DNA of 64,000 bases from the human T2T-CHM13v2.0 reference genome, Homo sapiens: assembly GCF_009914755.1 (NCBI RefSeq), contig NC_060937.1. One strand, given 5' to 3'. This document shows positions 26,496-41,541 of the stretch, one piece after another. Each line of letters begins with the position of its first letter. The stretch's first letter is position 1. The translations under genes and the position numbers were made by a program. A model generated the notes under the pieces. That model saw only the letters and a program-made list of their open reading frames with translations, searched no databases and was not told the origin of the DNA.

Positions 26496-29019
26496 TTAGG
26501 AAAGGAAATGAAATAAAAGCATTCGGATTAGAAAAGAAGACGTAAAACTATCTCTGTTTGCAAATAATATGTTGAATGCAAAAAACACCTCAAAGAATCC
26601 ACAAAATAAAAATTATTAGAGCTAATAAATGGCTTAAACAAATTTGAAGGATATAAGATTAACATATTAAGACAAAAATCAGTGTATTTCTGTACACTAG
26701 AAATGAACATTGAAAATAAAATTAGGAGAAAAATACATTTATAATTGCATTCAAAACATGAAATACTTAAGTATAAATTAAACAAAATAAGCATAAACCT
26801 TGTACACTGAAAACTGTAAACATTGGTGAAAGAAACTGAAAACAATCAAAATTAATGGAGACATACCATCTTCATGGGTCAGAAGATTTAATATTGTTAA
26901 AATGACAGTACTGCCCAAATCAACCTGCAGAGTCATCTCAATTCGTATCAAAATCCCAACTGACTGTTTTATAGAAATTGACAAACTGACTATAAAATTC
27001 ATATGGAAACACAAGGGACTCAGAATAACAAGGAAAACAAATTGAAAAGAAAGGATAAAGTTGAAAGACTCACACTTCCTGATTTCAAAACTTACTACAA
27101 AGTGACAGTAACCGAGACAATGTGATACTGTCATGAAGACAGACATACAAATCAATAGAATAGAATTGAGAGTCCAGAAATTAACCTTTTCATTCATCGT
27201 CAATTGGTTTTCAACAAGGTGCTGAGACGGTTAAGTGGGGGAAAGAAGTGTCTTCTCAATAAATGACTTTGAACAGCTGTATTTCTATATGCAAAGGAAT
27301 GAATAACTTCTAACTGATACCATACACAAAAATTAAAACTCAAAATGGATCATAGACCTCAATGTCTATGAGATAAAAGAGTTTAAACTACAAAACTCTT
27401 AGAAGAAAACATGAAAGTCAACCTTCATGACCTTGGGTTAGGCAATGGTTTCTTAAATAGGACACCAAGAGCACAAAAACATCAACCAAAAATAGATAAA
27501 CTGGGCCAATCAAAATTTAAACTTTTATGCTGCAAATAATACCACCAAGAAAGCAAAAGTCCACCACCATAGAATTGGAGAAAATATTTTCAAATCATAG
27601 ATCTGGTAGAAGTCTTATATCCACTATATATTTAAAAATCCTTATAGCTCAATAACAAAAAGACAAAAAATACCATTTAAAAGGGGACAAAGGACTTAAA
27701 TAGACATTTCTTCAAAGTAAATATACAAAAGGCCAATAAGCGCATGAAAAGCTGCATAATATCTTTCCTCATCAGGGAGGTACAAACCAAAACCACAACC
27801 AGATTCTACTCCACATCCTGAGGACGCCTAGGATCAAGAAGACAGATAATGACAGCTGCAGATGAGGATGTGAAGGAACTGGAAGCCTGTTTTGCTGATG
27901 GGGTTGCAACATGCTGCAGCTGCTTTGGAAACAGGTTGGCGATTTCTTATAATGTTAAACATAGATTTACAATATGACTTGGTAATTCCACTCTTAAGTG
28001 TATATACCCAAAATAAATGAAAACACATGTCCACAATTTTACATGCAAATTTTCATAGCAGCACTATTCATAATAGACAAAAATTGAAATAACTTAAATA
28101 TTCATCAACCAATAAATGAATAAATAAAATGCATTATATCACTACAAAGAAATATTATTTGGCAATGAAAAGGAAATAAAATACTGACACATTCCACAAA
28201 ATGTTGACAGGGATGAACCTTGAAAACACACTAAGTGCAAGAAGTTGGTAACAAAGAGCCACATATTATAGGATTGCATTTGTAATGAAGTGTTTAAAAC
28301 AGGCCAATCCATAGAGACAGAAAATGGATTAGAATTTGCTTAGAGCTGGGAAGTGGGCAGAGAGGAATATGAGTGACTGTTAATGGATAAAGGTTTTCTT
28401 TTATGAGAAACAAAAATGTTCTAAAGTTAGATTATGATGATGGTTGCACAACCCTGTGAATATACTGAAACACATCAATTTGTACACTTTAGGTGACTCA
28501 CATGGTATGCAAATTATATCTCCATGATACTGTTTCTTTTTAAAAAAAACATCACCAGGTTTAAACAGGTCAAAGCTGGCTTTCTTTACATAATAGTAAA
28601 AATAATTTCAATGTTATTTTGAACATTCTGGGACATGGGAAAAGATGGGAAATTTTAATTGTGTAAGTGAAACTTTAATTGTATAATTAAAAGAGAACAG
28701 AAAAAGATAATTATAAACTGACTCACAATATACATGCAAAAAGAATCTGAATAAAATATTAGCAAATAGAATCCAGAAATATATTTCTAAAAATCCACTA
28801 TGACCAAGTATTCTGTATCTTTTTTCAGGAATACAAGAGAGTTCAATACCAAGAAACTAGCTACAAAATTTAGTATATCCATTGACCATATGATCCCATC
28901 AATAGACACAGAAAAAGCATTTGAGAAAACTCAGCAATTGGTTCTGCAAAAAAAGTCTTGAGAAAAGTAATACTAAAAAGAAACTACTACAAAAGAGATC
29001 TCAAAACCCGGCAGCAATT

Positions 29020-29582
29020 TGCAGCGGAATTGTTCTCCCATGGTGCCTCTACCATGTTGCACCTCTCCTTACAGGCCTCCTAGAGGAGGCTTGACCACAG
29101 TCTAAGCTGAGTCCTGGGCATGATTTCTCCTGAAGCAAGGGGAGATTAGCCTGGGGAGGAGTCAGTGAGGGCAGCCCCCGATCCGCATGAGAATGCCTCC
29201 TCCAAGGTTTGCTCATCCATCTCCCCAGTTTCCATTGAGCACAAAGCTCTTCCTCACCACTCCCCTGTCCTGTGGAGCTGCCGGCTTCCGTGTAGTCTGT
29301 ACAAATGCTTGGCTGTAGTTTAGAGAGGACTCCTCAATCGCAGAGTGACCCACCACTCAAGCCGGCCATCACCTGAGCTTTCTGTTTCAGTCGACCTTTG
29401 GAGTAGGGGCCCAGGGACCTGATACCACACTGCTCGTGGCTTTGCTGTCTGTGTGAGTCATAAACTGTCTTGATTCCTCTTGGGCGCACTGTCTTCTTGG
29501 CAGCCAGGTCTATGGGAATGAGGCCTGCTGACCTCACAGCCGCAGCCATGCTCCCTTTCGGGATGACTTGGCCGCCTGACAC
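29020..29582 (+). mobile_element. Probable old ERVL-class LTR (MER74-like) interrupting L1 fragments
   Basis: GC-richer ~560-bp block ending GACTTGGCCGCCTGACA, between A-rich L1 ORF2 remnants. The family assignment is uncertain. Confidence 0.4.
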
Positions 29583-30399
29583 AGATGATATCCAAATCAT
29601 GAAACACCAAACTAATACAATTAAAACCAGAACTTAGCCAGGAAGGCCCACTATTCTTGTTTGATATTGCACTGAGGGTTCAAGCAGATGCAAATGGCCA
29701 AGAAAATAAAACATATAATTTAAGCATTGGAAAAGATACAGCTACTAGTTATTACAACCCAGATATTGTATTAAAAATAAGAATTAAAAATAAAATGTGA
29801 TAGGATGAGACGATGTCATAGAGTTATGCAGAAACCAATGCATTATCTCTTTTCAAGTGATAGGCAACTAGAAACGGAAAGGGGAAGAATCAGTCTGTTC
29901 GCAACAGTGACAAAACCGTGAGCTACTTAGGGATCAGAGGAACAGGACCCAGGAACTGTGTGCCTGGCATCTGCTCACAGCCACTCAGAGCCATTTTCTG
30001 TCCCGCCCTGCTCCATACTCTAGTCTCCCTTCCCCTCTGTCTTCCAGTAGATTTGGTCAATGGATGGTGCTGACCCAAGATTGAAGGGTGGGATGAAAGG
30101 ACACACGAAGCCCTCCTCTCCCTCTCTCTGTTCCAGTGGGACCTCCAGCTGCAGCTGGGTCTCCTCGGTGGTTGTGGGCTCCCACCTGAAAGCCCCTTTC
30201 TCCATGGTCCCAGATGGGGCTGAAGTCTTAATATGATTAGAGCATGCTCCACACTGACCCTCCAGGCCCAGCCCTGGGGTAGAAGTATCCTCACCACCAT
30301 ACAGATTAACCCCTACAATCAGTTCCTTGCATTAAATTCCCTCTGCTTGAAAGATCTAGAGAGATTTCCAGTTTCCAGGTCAGAGCCTGACTAATACAA

Positions 30400-31790
<1,391 letters not shown>

Positions 31791-32195
31791 TGTAGTATCT
31801 GCTTGGGCAGCCACAGCACAGCAGCGCAGATGGCGCCTTACACGGCAGGAAGAGATTCTCTCACGCTCCTGGCAGCTGAAGGTCTGAGGTCAAGGCGTCC
31901 GCAGGGCTGCTTTCTCCTGAGGCCTCCCTCCTGGGCATGTGACGTGGTCTTTTCCCTGGGTCCTCACATGGTTGTTCATCTGTGTGTGTGTGTGTGCGCG
32001 CGCGCGTGTGTGCACACACTTGTGTGCTAATCACCTGTTCTTTTAGGGACACTAGTCATCAGGGCCCACCCTAATGAGCTCATTTTAATTTATTACCTCT
32101 TTAGAGACCCCATCTCCAAACTGAAGCACACTCTGCATACCAGGGTGGGGGCTTTACTGTAGGAAACTGGAGGGGACCCAGCTCGGCCCCTTGCA
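31791..32195 (-). mobile_element. MLT1B-like MaLR LTR
   Basis: GGTCTGAGGTCAAGGCGTCCGCAGGGCTG...TCTCCTGAGGCCTCCCTCCTGGGC...AGGGCCCACCCTAATGAGCTCATTTTAA...GACCCCATCTCCAAA. Confidence 0.75.
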
Positions 32196-34074
32196 GAGTC
32201 CTTGTGCTTGTTTCTGTAGAAATGAAAGCACTGGTCTGCTAAGATGTAAGAACAAGGATGTTTCTACCCACAGCGTTGTTTGTAGAATCAGGAAGAATAA
32301 CCCTAAAGCTGAAAACAAGGGGATCCCCAGAGATGCAGTTCCTCCATGAATCAGGAGGGCCAGCTCAGCCATGGAATATGAGACCATGGTGCTAAGGTGG
32401 CTGGCGGGGTTTCCCAAAAGGTGAGGCCATTGAACAGAGAGGGGAAGACCACGGCGTCTGGTCCCCGCAGGCCCCACGAGGCCCAGTGATGGTGATGAAG
32501 GCAGGAACATGAGCAGTCGCCTGGCAGGGAGACCACGTGCCGGCAGACAGTGGCTGTGGCCTCGGTGGGGACGCCAGTCAAGGGGACCATGCGGGAGGGG
32601 AAGGGCAGAGGGAGGAAAGCCACTGATGGAAGGAAGAGGAAGACCACAGTGGGAGTGACCTGCCCGGAGATGGCCCCCTCATGAGTGTCCGGGCCCTCGG
32701 GCTGAGGCAGCAGGCACCCTCTGACCCAGGCCTGGCGGGGAAGGACAGCCTGGGCCTGGACCTGTGAAGGAGACCGCTGGAGGGCCCCAGCGAAGGGGAC
32801 CCTTCGGGGACCTGACTTTGCAGGCAGGGAAGGGCTGGGCACCCAGGAGAGAGGCCTCTGCTCCCTGCTCCTGTCCCTCCATCTATGGCCATGTTGTAAA
32901 CAAGCAGAGAGGCACGGTTTGGCTCTCTGGGGACAGCAGAGGCCTTCTTAACACCGGCTCAGCACACAGCTCCTCCTGAGTGTCCCCTATGCTGGCAGCT
33001 CTGCAAGGCTTAGCCATCAGGGTGGTCTCCTCCTCCAGGGCTAGCAGGGTCCCTGCTGGAAGCGCTCTGCCCACTCAAGGAGGCCCACCCAGAATAATCT
33101 CCCTTCGGAGTAACTCGAAGTCAACTGCTCCGTACCCTGTCCCCTCCAGTGGAGAGGGCTGCACAGGGCATGCCAGAGGGGGCCTCAGGGGTCCCCTTAG
33201 AATCCTGGGAGGAGGAGAGGTGAGGGTGAAGGGAAGAGGAAAAGGGACAAGGACGGCCCCAAGGAAGGAAAGGGCATTTAGGCACCGCTCACCCAACCCT
33301 CCCCTCAATCCTGGAAATGGGTGTCCCAGCTGAGGGGACAGGTGGGTTGCTGGAAGGACACCCCCAACATTCAATGCTGCTCTCGGGATGCCCTCCAGAC
33401 CCCTGCCCCTCCCAGGCAGGCCCTGTAGCCCACCTCCCCTCCAAGCCCCTCTCCCAGCAGTGGGGAGCCCGGGCTTTGTCCGCAGATGGGCCGAGAGCCT
33501 CTACCCAGCACGTGACGCCGGAGCCCCAGGTGAGATCCTGCCATGGGCAGGGTCTCTGACCAGCACCTTGTTCACTGCTCTTGTGGTGCCCTGCAGGCTT
33601 GGCACCCCCTGCCCCCACCCGGCCCCTTTTCACAGCTCTATTATCCCGGGAATGTCCACTGTCCATGGAAGTCCTTGCAGCTAGAGGTCATCCAGGCTGT
33701 TTGTCCTCGTCTGTCACATTTGAGTGGCCGGCTCCAATAGCATCTCAATCTGCCCACCACAGCACACATGACATCCTACACCAAAGGTGACATCCTAGGC
33801 CTGGGGGTCCCCGGGCAGTGAGAACTGGATCCGAGCCCGAATCAGCCTCCTCCTGCATGAAAGGAGTGAGGTGAGGGGCGTGTGAAGGAATCCGAAACAG
33901 GACAGCTTCATCTCACGGCTCCGTGGCAGAGGGAAGTGTGGGCGCTCGGAGACGGGCCTCTCGCTTTGTCTGGGTGAGGGGAGGAGGCCTCCTTGTGGTT
34001 CTTGGTCTCCCTTCCTCCCACTGGCAAAGGCTTCCTCCCTGGGTTGGAGGTCAGTGTTCGGGCTGGGCACAGGG

Positions 34075-34540
34075 TTCATTATAAACCAAATATTTGAGTC
34101 CCCCAGAATTCCTGTGTTGAAATCTTCACCCCCACGGTAATGGTCTTAGGAGGTGGGGGCTTTGGGAGGTGATGAGGTAATGAGGGGGAAGCTGCAGGAA
34201 CAAGACTCGTGCCCTTGTGAAGGGGCCTAGTGAGACACTTGCTGCTCCCCACGTGAGGACACAGTGAGGAGACGCCATGGAGAAGCCAGGAGGCGACTCT
34301 CCCAGACACCAGATGCGCCATGCCACTATCTTGGGCTTGCAGCCTCCAGGTCTGTGAGGAATAAATGTCTGTCGCTCACAACCCCCGAGTGTGTGACACG
34401 CAGTTACAGTGAGGAATAAATATCTGTCGCTCACAACCCCTGAGTGTGTAACACGCAGTTACAGCGAGGAATAAATGTCTGTCGCTCACAACCCCCGAGT
34501 GTGTGACACACAGTCACAGCAGCCTGGAGGGGCTAAAAGA
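34075..34540 (+). mobile_element. MLT1A-like MaLR LTR with a triplicated 3' segment
   Basis: GTCCCCCAGAATTCCTGTGTTGAAATC...GGAGGTGGGGGCTTTGGGAGGTGAT...GCAGCCTCCAGGTCTGTGAGGAATAAATGTCTG. Confidence 0.8.
34356..34520. repeat. 3 x 55-bp tandem repeat
   Basis: Units starting GAGGAATAAA begin at 34356, 34411 and 34466. Confidence 0.95.
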
Positions 34541-35624
34541 GGGCTCATAGCAAGGGCTCGAGCTCTCGGCCCTGGAGGCACATGCTGTGTGACCTTGGGC
34601 AGGTACGTGACCTCTCTGTTCCCTGGTTTTCTCAGGTGTAAAGTGGTGGTGGGAATCACTACCTAATAGGGTTGTTGTGAAGACAGGTGTGGGAGGCCTG
34701 TGGCGCCTGCGCAGGGGAAAGGCTGTGGGTGTCCGTCCAAGCAACAGTCAGGGCTGTGTGGTCATACCTGGCTGCGGGATCCACAGGGCTGGAAGTCTGC
34801 CTCTGGTGACTATGTGACCCTGGGCAGGTCTTCCTGGCCCTGGCTGCAAGAGGGCCCCAGAGTAGCCCTCCACGGTTTCCTGGTAAGGGCACAGAAAGGG
34901 GCTTCCCAGCCGTGGATGACGTCAGAAGAGGCTGTGGGAGCAGCAGGGGCAGAGAGGATGCCAAGAGCATTCCCCACCCTCCATGGGGCCTTCCCCAGGC
35001 CTCCCCCACCTGGGGATCGGGGATACGCCCTCTCCACCCAGCTATCTCCCACCCACCTCTCCTGGGATCTGGGAATAGGAAAGCTGTTTGCTCAAACACG
35101 CCTGGGCCCCCAGGCACAGAACACAGTCAGTGTTCCTGGGGGCAGCGCCAAGGGTGGCTGGGGGCGAGCTGAGGCCCAGCGTTCCTCCCTGATGTCAGGC
35201 GTGTCTGGAAGCCATTCAGCATTCATCAGCCCTTTGACTTCTCCCTCAGTGGCTCTGCAGGTAACTATCTCTATGTTGATTTGTGTTCTCTGCCCCTTCA
35301 GGGAGCCTGGGGTCTGAAGCAACTCTCAGACTGTCAGGCAAATGACGCTGTCAGAGATGTCAACCCCTCTCCCAGTGATAAGAGTCGCACACCTGGTCAG
35401 TGGCCACCCTGGAGTTGGGTCCAACCCTGCCTTTTCTGCAAAGTGTGGACAAAACCTCAGAAAGCCTGGAGAGAGAGGGAGCTAGGGACAGAGGAGGGGA
35501 GGAGAGAGGAACTGGGGTTGGTGGATCTGGAGGAGAACAGGGCTCCTGGCTCTGTGGCTTCCCGCTAGCTCAAGATGGTCCCCTTGGTCCCACATCAAGT
35601 CTCACAAAACTCCTAGGAGCATCA

Positions 35625-36690
35625 GCATCAAAAAGACAAACAACCCAACCAGGAACTGGGCACAGGAGTTTAAAAGACATTTCTCCAAAGAAGACCTGCA
35701 AATGGCCAGCAAGCACATGAAAAGACTCAACGCCATTAGTCATTAGAGAATCCACCAAAACCACAGCGAGATGCCACTTCTCACTCCTCAGGATGGTGAG
35801 GAGGAGTAGAAGGGGAAGGAGGGGAAGGAGGGAATGAAGGAGAGAGGGAGGGAGAGAAGAAAGGAAAGAAAGAGGGAAGGAAGAAGGGAAGGAAGGAGGG
35901 AGGGAGGTTAGGAAGGAAAGAAGGAGGGAAGGAAGGAGGGTGGGAAGGGAAGGAGAGCAGGACAGAGAAGGAAGAAGGGAGAGAGGAAGGGAGGGAGGGT
36001 GGGAAGGAAGGAGGGAGGAAGGAAGAGAAGGAAGGTAGGAGGGAAGGAAGGAGGGTTAAAAGGAGGGAGGGAGGAAAGGAAGGGTCACAGGAGGGACTCC
36101 AAGGCCCTGGGCTCCCATTAGGGGCTGCTGGGCAGGCAGGTTGTGCTGGAAATGCAGGTGGAAACAGGCATGGGGACCCTGGAGGCAGGAGATGGTCACA
36201 GCCCCAGCTGCTCTCTGTAGAAAATAGCGAGTGTTGGTGAGGACATGGAGGAATTGGAGCCTTGCCTGCCGCTGGTGGGAATATAGAACAATGCAGCCAC
36301 TGGGTGGAACCCAGCAGGAACCTGGGAGGCCTTCGATGTGATTTGGCAACCAGCGGAGTGAGGCACCAACCACATGCTAACAGGGGCTGAGCACACCATG
36401 CTGGGCGAGGCAGCCAGTCACAAAGAGGCCACACAGCAAATGGCCCCTTCTATACGAAGTGCTTAGAACAGGCAAAGCTGTTAAAGACAGAAAGTAGCTT
36501 TGTGGTTGCCAGGGGCTGGGGTTGGGGCAGATGGGAAGTGGCCACGATGGATATGGAGGTTTCTTTTGGGGGTGGTGGAAAGGTTCTAACATCAGATGAT
36601 GGTAATGGTTTGATTGTGCAGCTTTGTAGATATACTAAAAACCACTGAATTCTGCACGGGCAAAAAGTCTGGGAGGTATGAGGCAGAATC
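35625..36690 (+). mobile_element. L1M(B/E)-type 3' fragment interrupted at ~35797-36220
   Basis: L1 sequence GACATTTCTCCAAAGAAGACCTGCAAATGGCCAGCAAGCACATGAAAAGACTC runs to AGGATGG, then resumes at AAATAGCGAGTGTTGGTGAGGACATGGAG. Confidence 0.8.
35797..36083. repeat. Polypurine (GGAA/GGGA)n tract
   Basis: Directly visible, about 290 bp of almost pure G/A. Confidence 0.95.
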
Positions 36691-39600
36691 AACATCTTAC
36701 AGAAGAGGAAACTGAGGCTCGGGCATTTTAAATAAAAGTTGTCTTACTGCTGTGCCCGATGCCTTGAAAAGCCGGCTAAGACTTCTCATGGGAACTGTCT
36801 CCTCAATAGGCCCCGGCTGGCCCCTCTCCAGCCCTTCCCCAGGGAACCTTCCCTGCCAGAGCCTGCCCTGACCCCCTGTTCACACGCAGCACCTCACCAG
36901 GAGCAGGTCTGGGGACAGTAGTGGGTGGCTGCATATCCAGCTGCCATGGCTCCTTCAGCTTTCTCCTGAGAAGGGAAGGGAGGTGGTGCTGCAGGGGAGA
37001 GGAGGGTGCAGAGGAGATGCCACTGGCAGCAGGAGGTAGACGCAGCCCAGCTGCTCTCTCAGGAGTGCAGAGGGGCTGAGTCCCCACACCAACGGCCCTG
37101 CATGCCTGGCCCAGAAGCACGGGGTCTCACTAGCATAGCACTGGTGTCACACGGGAGAGACTCCGAGGCCCTGGGCTCCCGTCAGGGGCTCCTGGGCAGG
37201 CAGGTTGTGCTGGAAGATGCAGGTAAGGACAGACATGGGGACCCTGGAACAAGGCAGGTCCTGCCTGTCTGCATGAACCCCAGGACAGCCATGGCCCCTG
37301 CCTATGAACCTCTTGGTTAAAAAGCCCCATGTCATGGAGGCAGCATTGGGCCCCTCCAGATAGAAAGAAACCCCTATGGCATGGAGCCAGAATCACCCCA
37401 GACATCCTCTTTCAGATTTTTCAATTTTATGTTCACTTACTTTTAGGCAAATGGGAAAAGGTTGGAGGTACCCAGCCTGCCCAGCCTGCGTGGTTTTGTG
37501 GTGGTCCCACACTGAATCATCTGTCAGAGGGCTGTCTGTGGTCCCTCGGGGCTGGGGTCTACACCCCCTTGTCAGGACTGCAGGCCTGGCACTGCTGCGT
37601 GGCTCAGGGCTGCCACCTTCCCGCACTGATGAAGGGCTGACCGCGCCTGACGCCATTAATTGAGCTTCCTCCGAGTGGGACAAGCGAGCGTTCTCGTTTC
37701 TAGGATGATCAAGTTTTGCCAGAGCTTGAGCAAAGCTACTCAGTCATGAGATTGGAAGGTGGGAGCCCCACGTGGCTGGAACTTCATTCCTGCAGAGAAG
37801 ATCCCTCCAGAGAGGCCCCAGGCCCAGCTACGGAAATAAATGCAGCCACACCCCATTCCCCTTCAGATGACACGGACTCCCCAGATTCCCCACTGTCAGC
37901 CCAGCGCTCAGCTTCACGGTTGTCTCTACCCCGGCTCACCCGGTGAGCCTCTGCCCTGGAGCTGACAGGGCCACAGCCAAGGCCCCATCCCTTCATCTTG
38001 GCTGGGGCGGAACCTCTCTGCCGCCATGGGCAGCACTTCTCAGAGGGCCAGGGGCTGCTGTGTGGACTACCGTCCTCGCACAAGGCAGCAAGTGCTCCAT
38101 GTCCGTGGCGCTGGGGGAGGGAGGGGGTCGCCAAGGACCTGCCTGCCTGCCTGCCTTGGGATGCTCTGGGTTCTCAACTAGATGCTGCCTGGACCTGTGG
38201 AGTGGCCCCAGGACCCCATCCACGCTGCCTGGGCCCTGCCAGCTGGGGCCTCCAGTCTGCCGGTGCGACCTCACTGGCCCCTGGGTCTGGGGTCCCCTGG
38301 GTCTGCTATGGGAGGCAAGGGGGCACTGTGAGATGCCACTTCTCACTTCTCAGGATGGCAGAAACTCAGCCCTGAGAGAGACTATGTCCAGACACCACAT
38401 TTAGGGCTCTGGCGTGTGACAGGTGTGGCAGTGGGTGGGGTGCGCTCAGTGACCTGGACCGAGAGCAGGCCCGAGGCCCAGCAGGGACTCAGAGAAACAT
38501 GGAGTGCCAGGCAGGAGGCCCAGGGGCCAGGAGGGGCCACGGTGCTCCCAGGCCTCGCATCTACCCATTTCAGCCTTCTAAGATCTGCAGCCAGAGGTCC
38601 AAGAACAGGCAGAGGAGGCCCGTATGGGGGTGCTGCAGCAGAGGGAGTGGGGTTACCAGCCAGCGGCCAAGGCTCACAGGAGCAGGACCTCCCAGGCCAC
38701 GCAAGGGAGAGGACATTTCCAGTAACGGCGTTTCAGAATTCCTCCTCCCTCGGGGTCCAGGGCCTTCCTCTGCTCCGAGGAATTCTCAGGCCAGTCCCTG
38801 AGACAAGACAGGCTGGAGGGAGGCATGCTGAGCAGGCAGGGCCCGGTGTGGGACCCTCCGCGGGAATCGTCCGAGCAGCATCTGGAGAAGGCGGAGGGTG
38901 GGAAGCTCGGTGGAGTGTACCCTCTAGTCCGCCTCTCTTGCTCCCCTCCTGCCTCCCGAGGCTCCCTGCAGGACTCCCCGACCTGCCTGCCTCTCACCCA
39001 TAAGGTAGGTCTACAGCAGGTCAGTCTGCTGGGGGCCCAGGTGTGGGACTTGAGTTCTCCTGGGGCCACAAATGGCTTGAAGGGTGGCCTCAGGCAGGGC
39101 AGGTGACCCCTCCCTAGTCTGAGGTTTTTGCTTCTAGGAGACTAGAAGTCCCTGGAGTCCCCCAGGTGTTAAAGTCTGGGAGGAGAGACTCTGCCTAGCG
39201 CCTCGTGTGGGATGTCCTGAAGTCCAGGCCAGCCCAGGAGCCTTCCTGGGGGTTTGGAATCACTGCTGTAGGGTACTCACCCCTGCAGGGAGCTGTCCAA
39301 TGGAGCTGGGGCCTCTCTGAGGCAGTGGCCTGACAGGCTGGGCCACCCAGAGCCGCCACCCGGGAGCCCCAGGACCTTAGGCATGTCCAGCTCACCTTGC
39401 GGAAACATCTCTTGACTGCCGCGGTGGGTCTGGCTGCAGAATTCCCATCCGTCTCCACGCTCCTTTGAGAGCGCACAGCAGAACTGCTGCCCGCGCAGCC
39501 TCGTGGGTCCCTCCTGACCCTAGATGAGGCGGGCTCCTCCTCCCTGGGCACCAGGTGCTCCTGGGAACCAGGTTTAGCACGCTTCTGCATGAGACGGGTT

Positions 39601-41541
39601 TCACGATCACTCCGTGCCGTAATTAGATATTAAAAATCTCTGTGTCTTCATAAAATTACATGGAATGAATAATAGAGTATCACAGTTAGAAAGTCATCAA
39701 AATGTAATAAAATGGTGTTATTACGAAGGCTTAAATTTTAATGATGTTTTTTAGTATGTCACTTATTGTGTAATTACAAAATAAGATAGAGTAATTAAAC
39801 GGAGACTTGGGGCTTTGCAGGGGGCTGGGGCTGGGAGGCTCCTGATTCTATCCAGAGTGGGCACTGGAGAGGGAGCAGCCAGCCTCCTGGCGGCAGGGCC
39901 TGGGTTGGGGGTGTGGCCCGGCATGGGCTGACCTTCTGCCGTCCTGGAGGTGAGGGGCTCGGGAGGACAAGGCCTTGGGACTTGTAGAGCCCCCCCTGTA
40001 TCTCAGCACACAGGGCCGACCTCAGGCTGCCAACGCCCACAGCTCTTTGCCAAATGCCCTGGGACCTCCTGCTGTCTCTGTCACAGGGCAGAAGTGCCAT
40101 GAAGTTAGCCTCCTCGGGAGCTGGCCTGGAACAGAGAGCCTGGGATGCGTGGCTGGATGTCCCGGCTCATGGGCTCTTGGGCGGATCATGCTGCTGCTCC
40201 CCCTCCTGCAGGGAGCCCTTCGTGGATGCCCTTCCTCCTTGTCTCCTCTGGTTGCCATAAAACTCTTTTGCACAGGAGGCTTATGCCTACTCCTGTGTCA
40301 CCTTTGGGATCTGCCTCCAGGCCTGCCCAGTGCTGTAACTCTGCTCAGGACAGCAAGATGATTTCAGAAGAAGAGATCGGGCACTCTCAGCCTCCCTGAG
40401 GCTAGTCAGAGCAGCCCTGGCTCATGCAGCTGCTGCCATGGACTGGGATCCCAGGCTGCTCTCCACCTTTTTCCTTCCTGGGAAGCACTGCCAGTCCTTA
40501 TTCCTCCAAATGACCAGGACAGGAGCTCAGAGGGGAGGTTATCCCCACAGATGGGCTCCTAGGACAGCACCTGCAAAGGTGCCCTCTGTGGTCCCGAGAG
40601 CCAGTGCCTGGCATGGCCGCCCGCTTTAAGCTGTGGCTGTGGGCAAGTGTGTGCTCTCCAGGAAGAAGGGGCCTGTTGCCTCACTGTAGATCATCCTTAA
40701 AAAAGAAACTAGAGACACCCCGAGTGCCTCTCTGCAGCCCCACAAATCTGGAGAGGAGGGAGCTGAACAGAGAGAGCTTAGGCTTTTAAATTTTAAATGG
40801 CCAATTTGGTCAATGAATCAGTTTCACTGGGCTGAGGCTGCATGGAGACGAAAGTGGTTTTAAGACCTATTGAAGGCAGTGAGAGCCTCTTTGTCCACAC
40901 TTTTCTCAGACTGCCACCCTCTAATATTTCATCTATGTTCGTATTTATGGCTTTCTAAATTATAGATATCAGCTAAAAAACTGAAAAACAGAGAGGGTGA
41001 GGAGGGGAGGGGGAAATTCACTACTGTTGAAAAGAAAGGTAAAGTTATGCCTCCGAAAGCCAGTGTGCTGGATCATGACCTGGAACTCACAGCCGGTCCT
41101 TCCATATCTGGGCTTATTCCTCATCTGGTCCATGACCCAAGCTGGGCCTTTGCTGCCCATGGGACAAAGAGTGAGGCAGACAGATGTTCCTCTAGTGAGG
41201 AGCTCATGTTCTAGTGGGAGAAGGAGAGAGACCTCCTAAAAGTGAGCAAGACAAAGACCCTGGTACTTGGGACAACACAGAGTGGGTGAGGCAGGGCCGT
41301 GGAGGAAGGAGATGAGAGCAGGGTAGGAGTGACCTGCCCTTGTGCAAGCATTTTCTTTCCAACTTCCACCATGCTCAGACTGTAACTTGAAGTTATGATG
41401 CCCATTCCTGGGAATTCATGTTCTACAGATTTGGAATAATTCTGATCTAATTGGCTAAAAATTAATGTGTACTTTATCTTTGATAAAGGGCTTGTTCTAC
41501 AATTTGTAGTATAAAGGAATCATAACATAAACACTTTAAAC

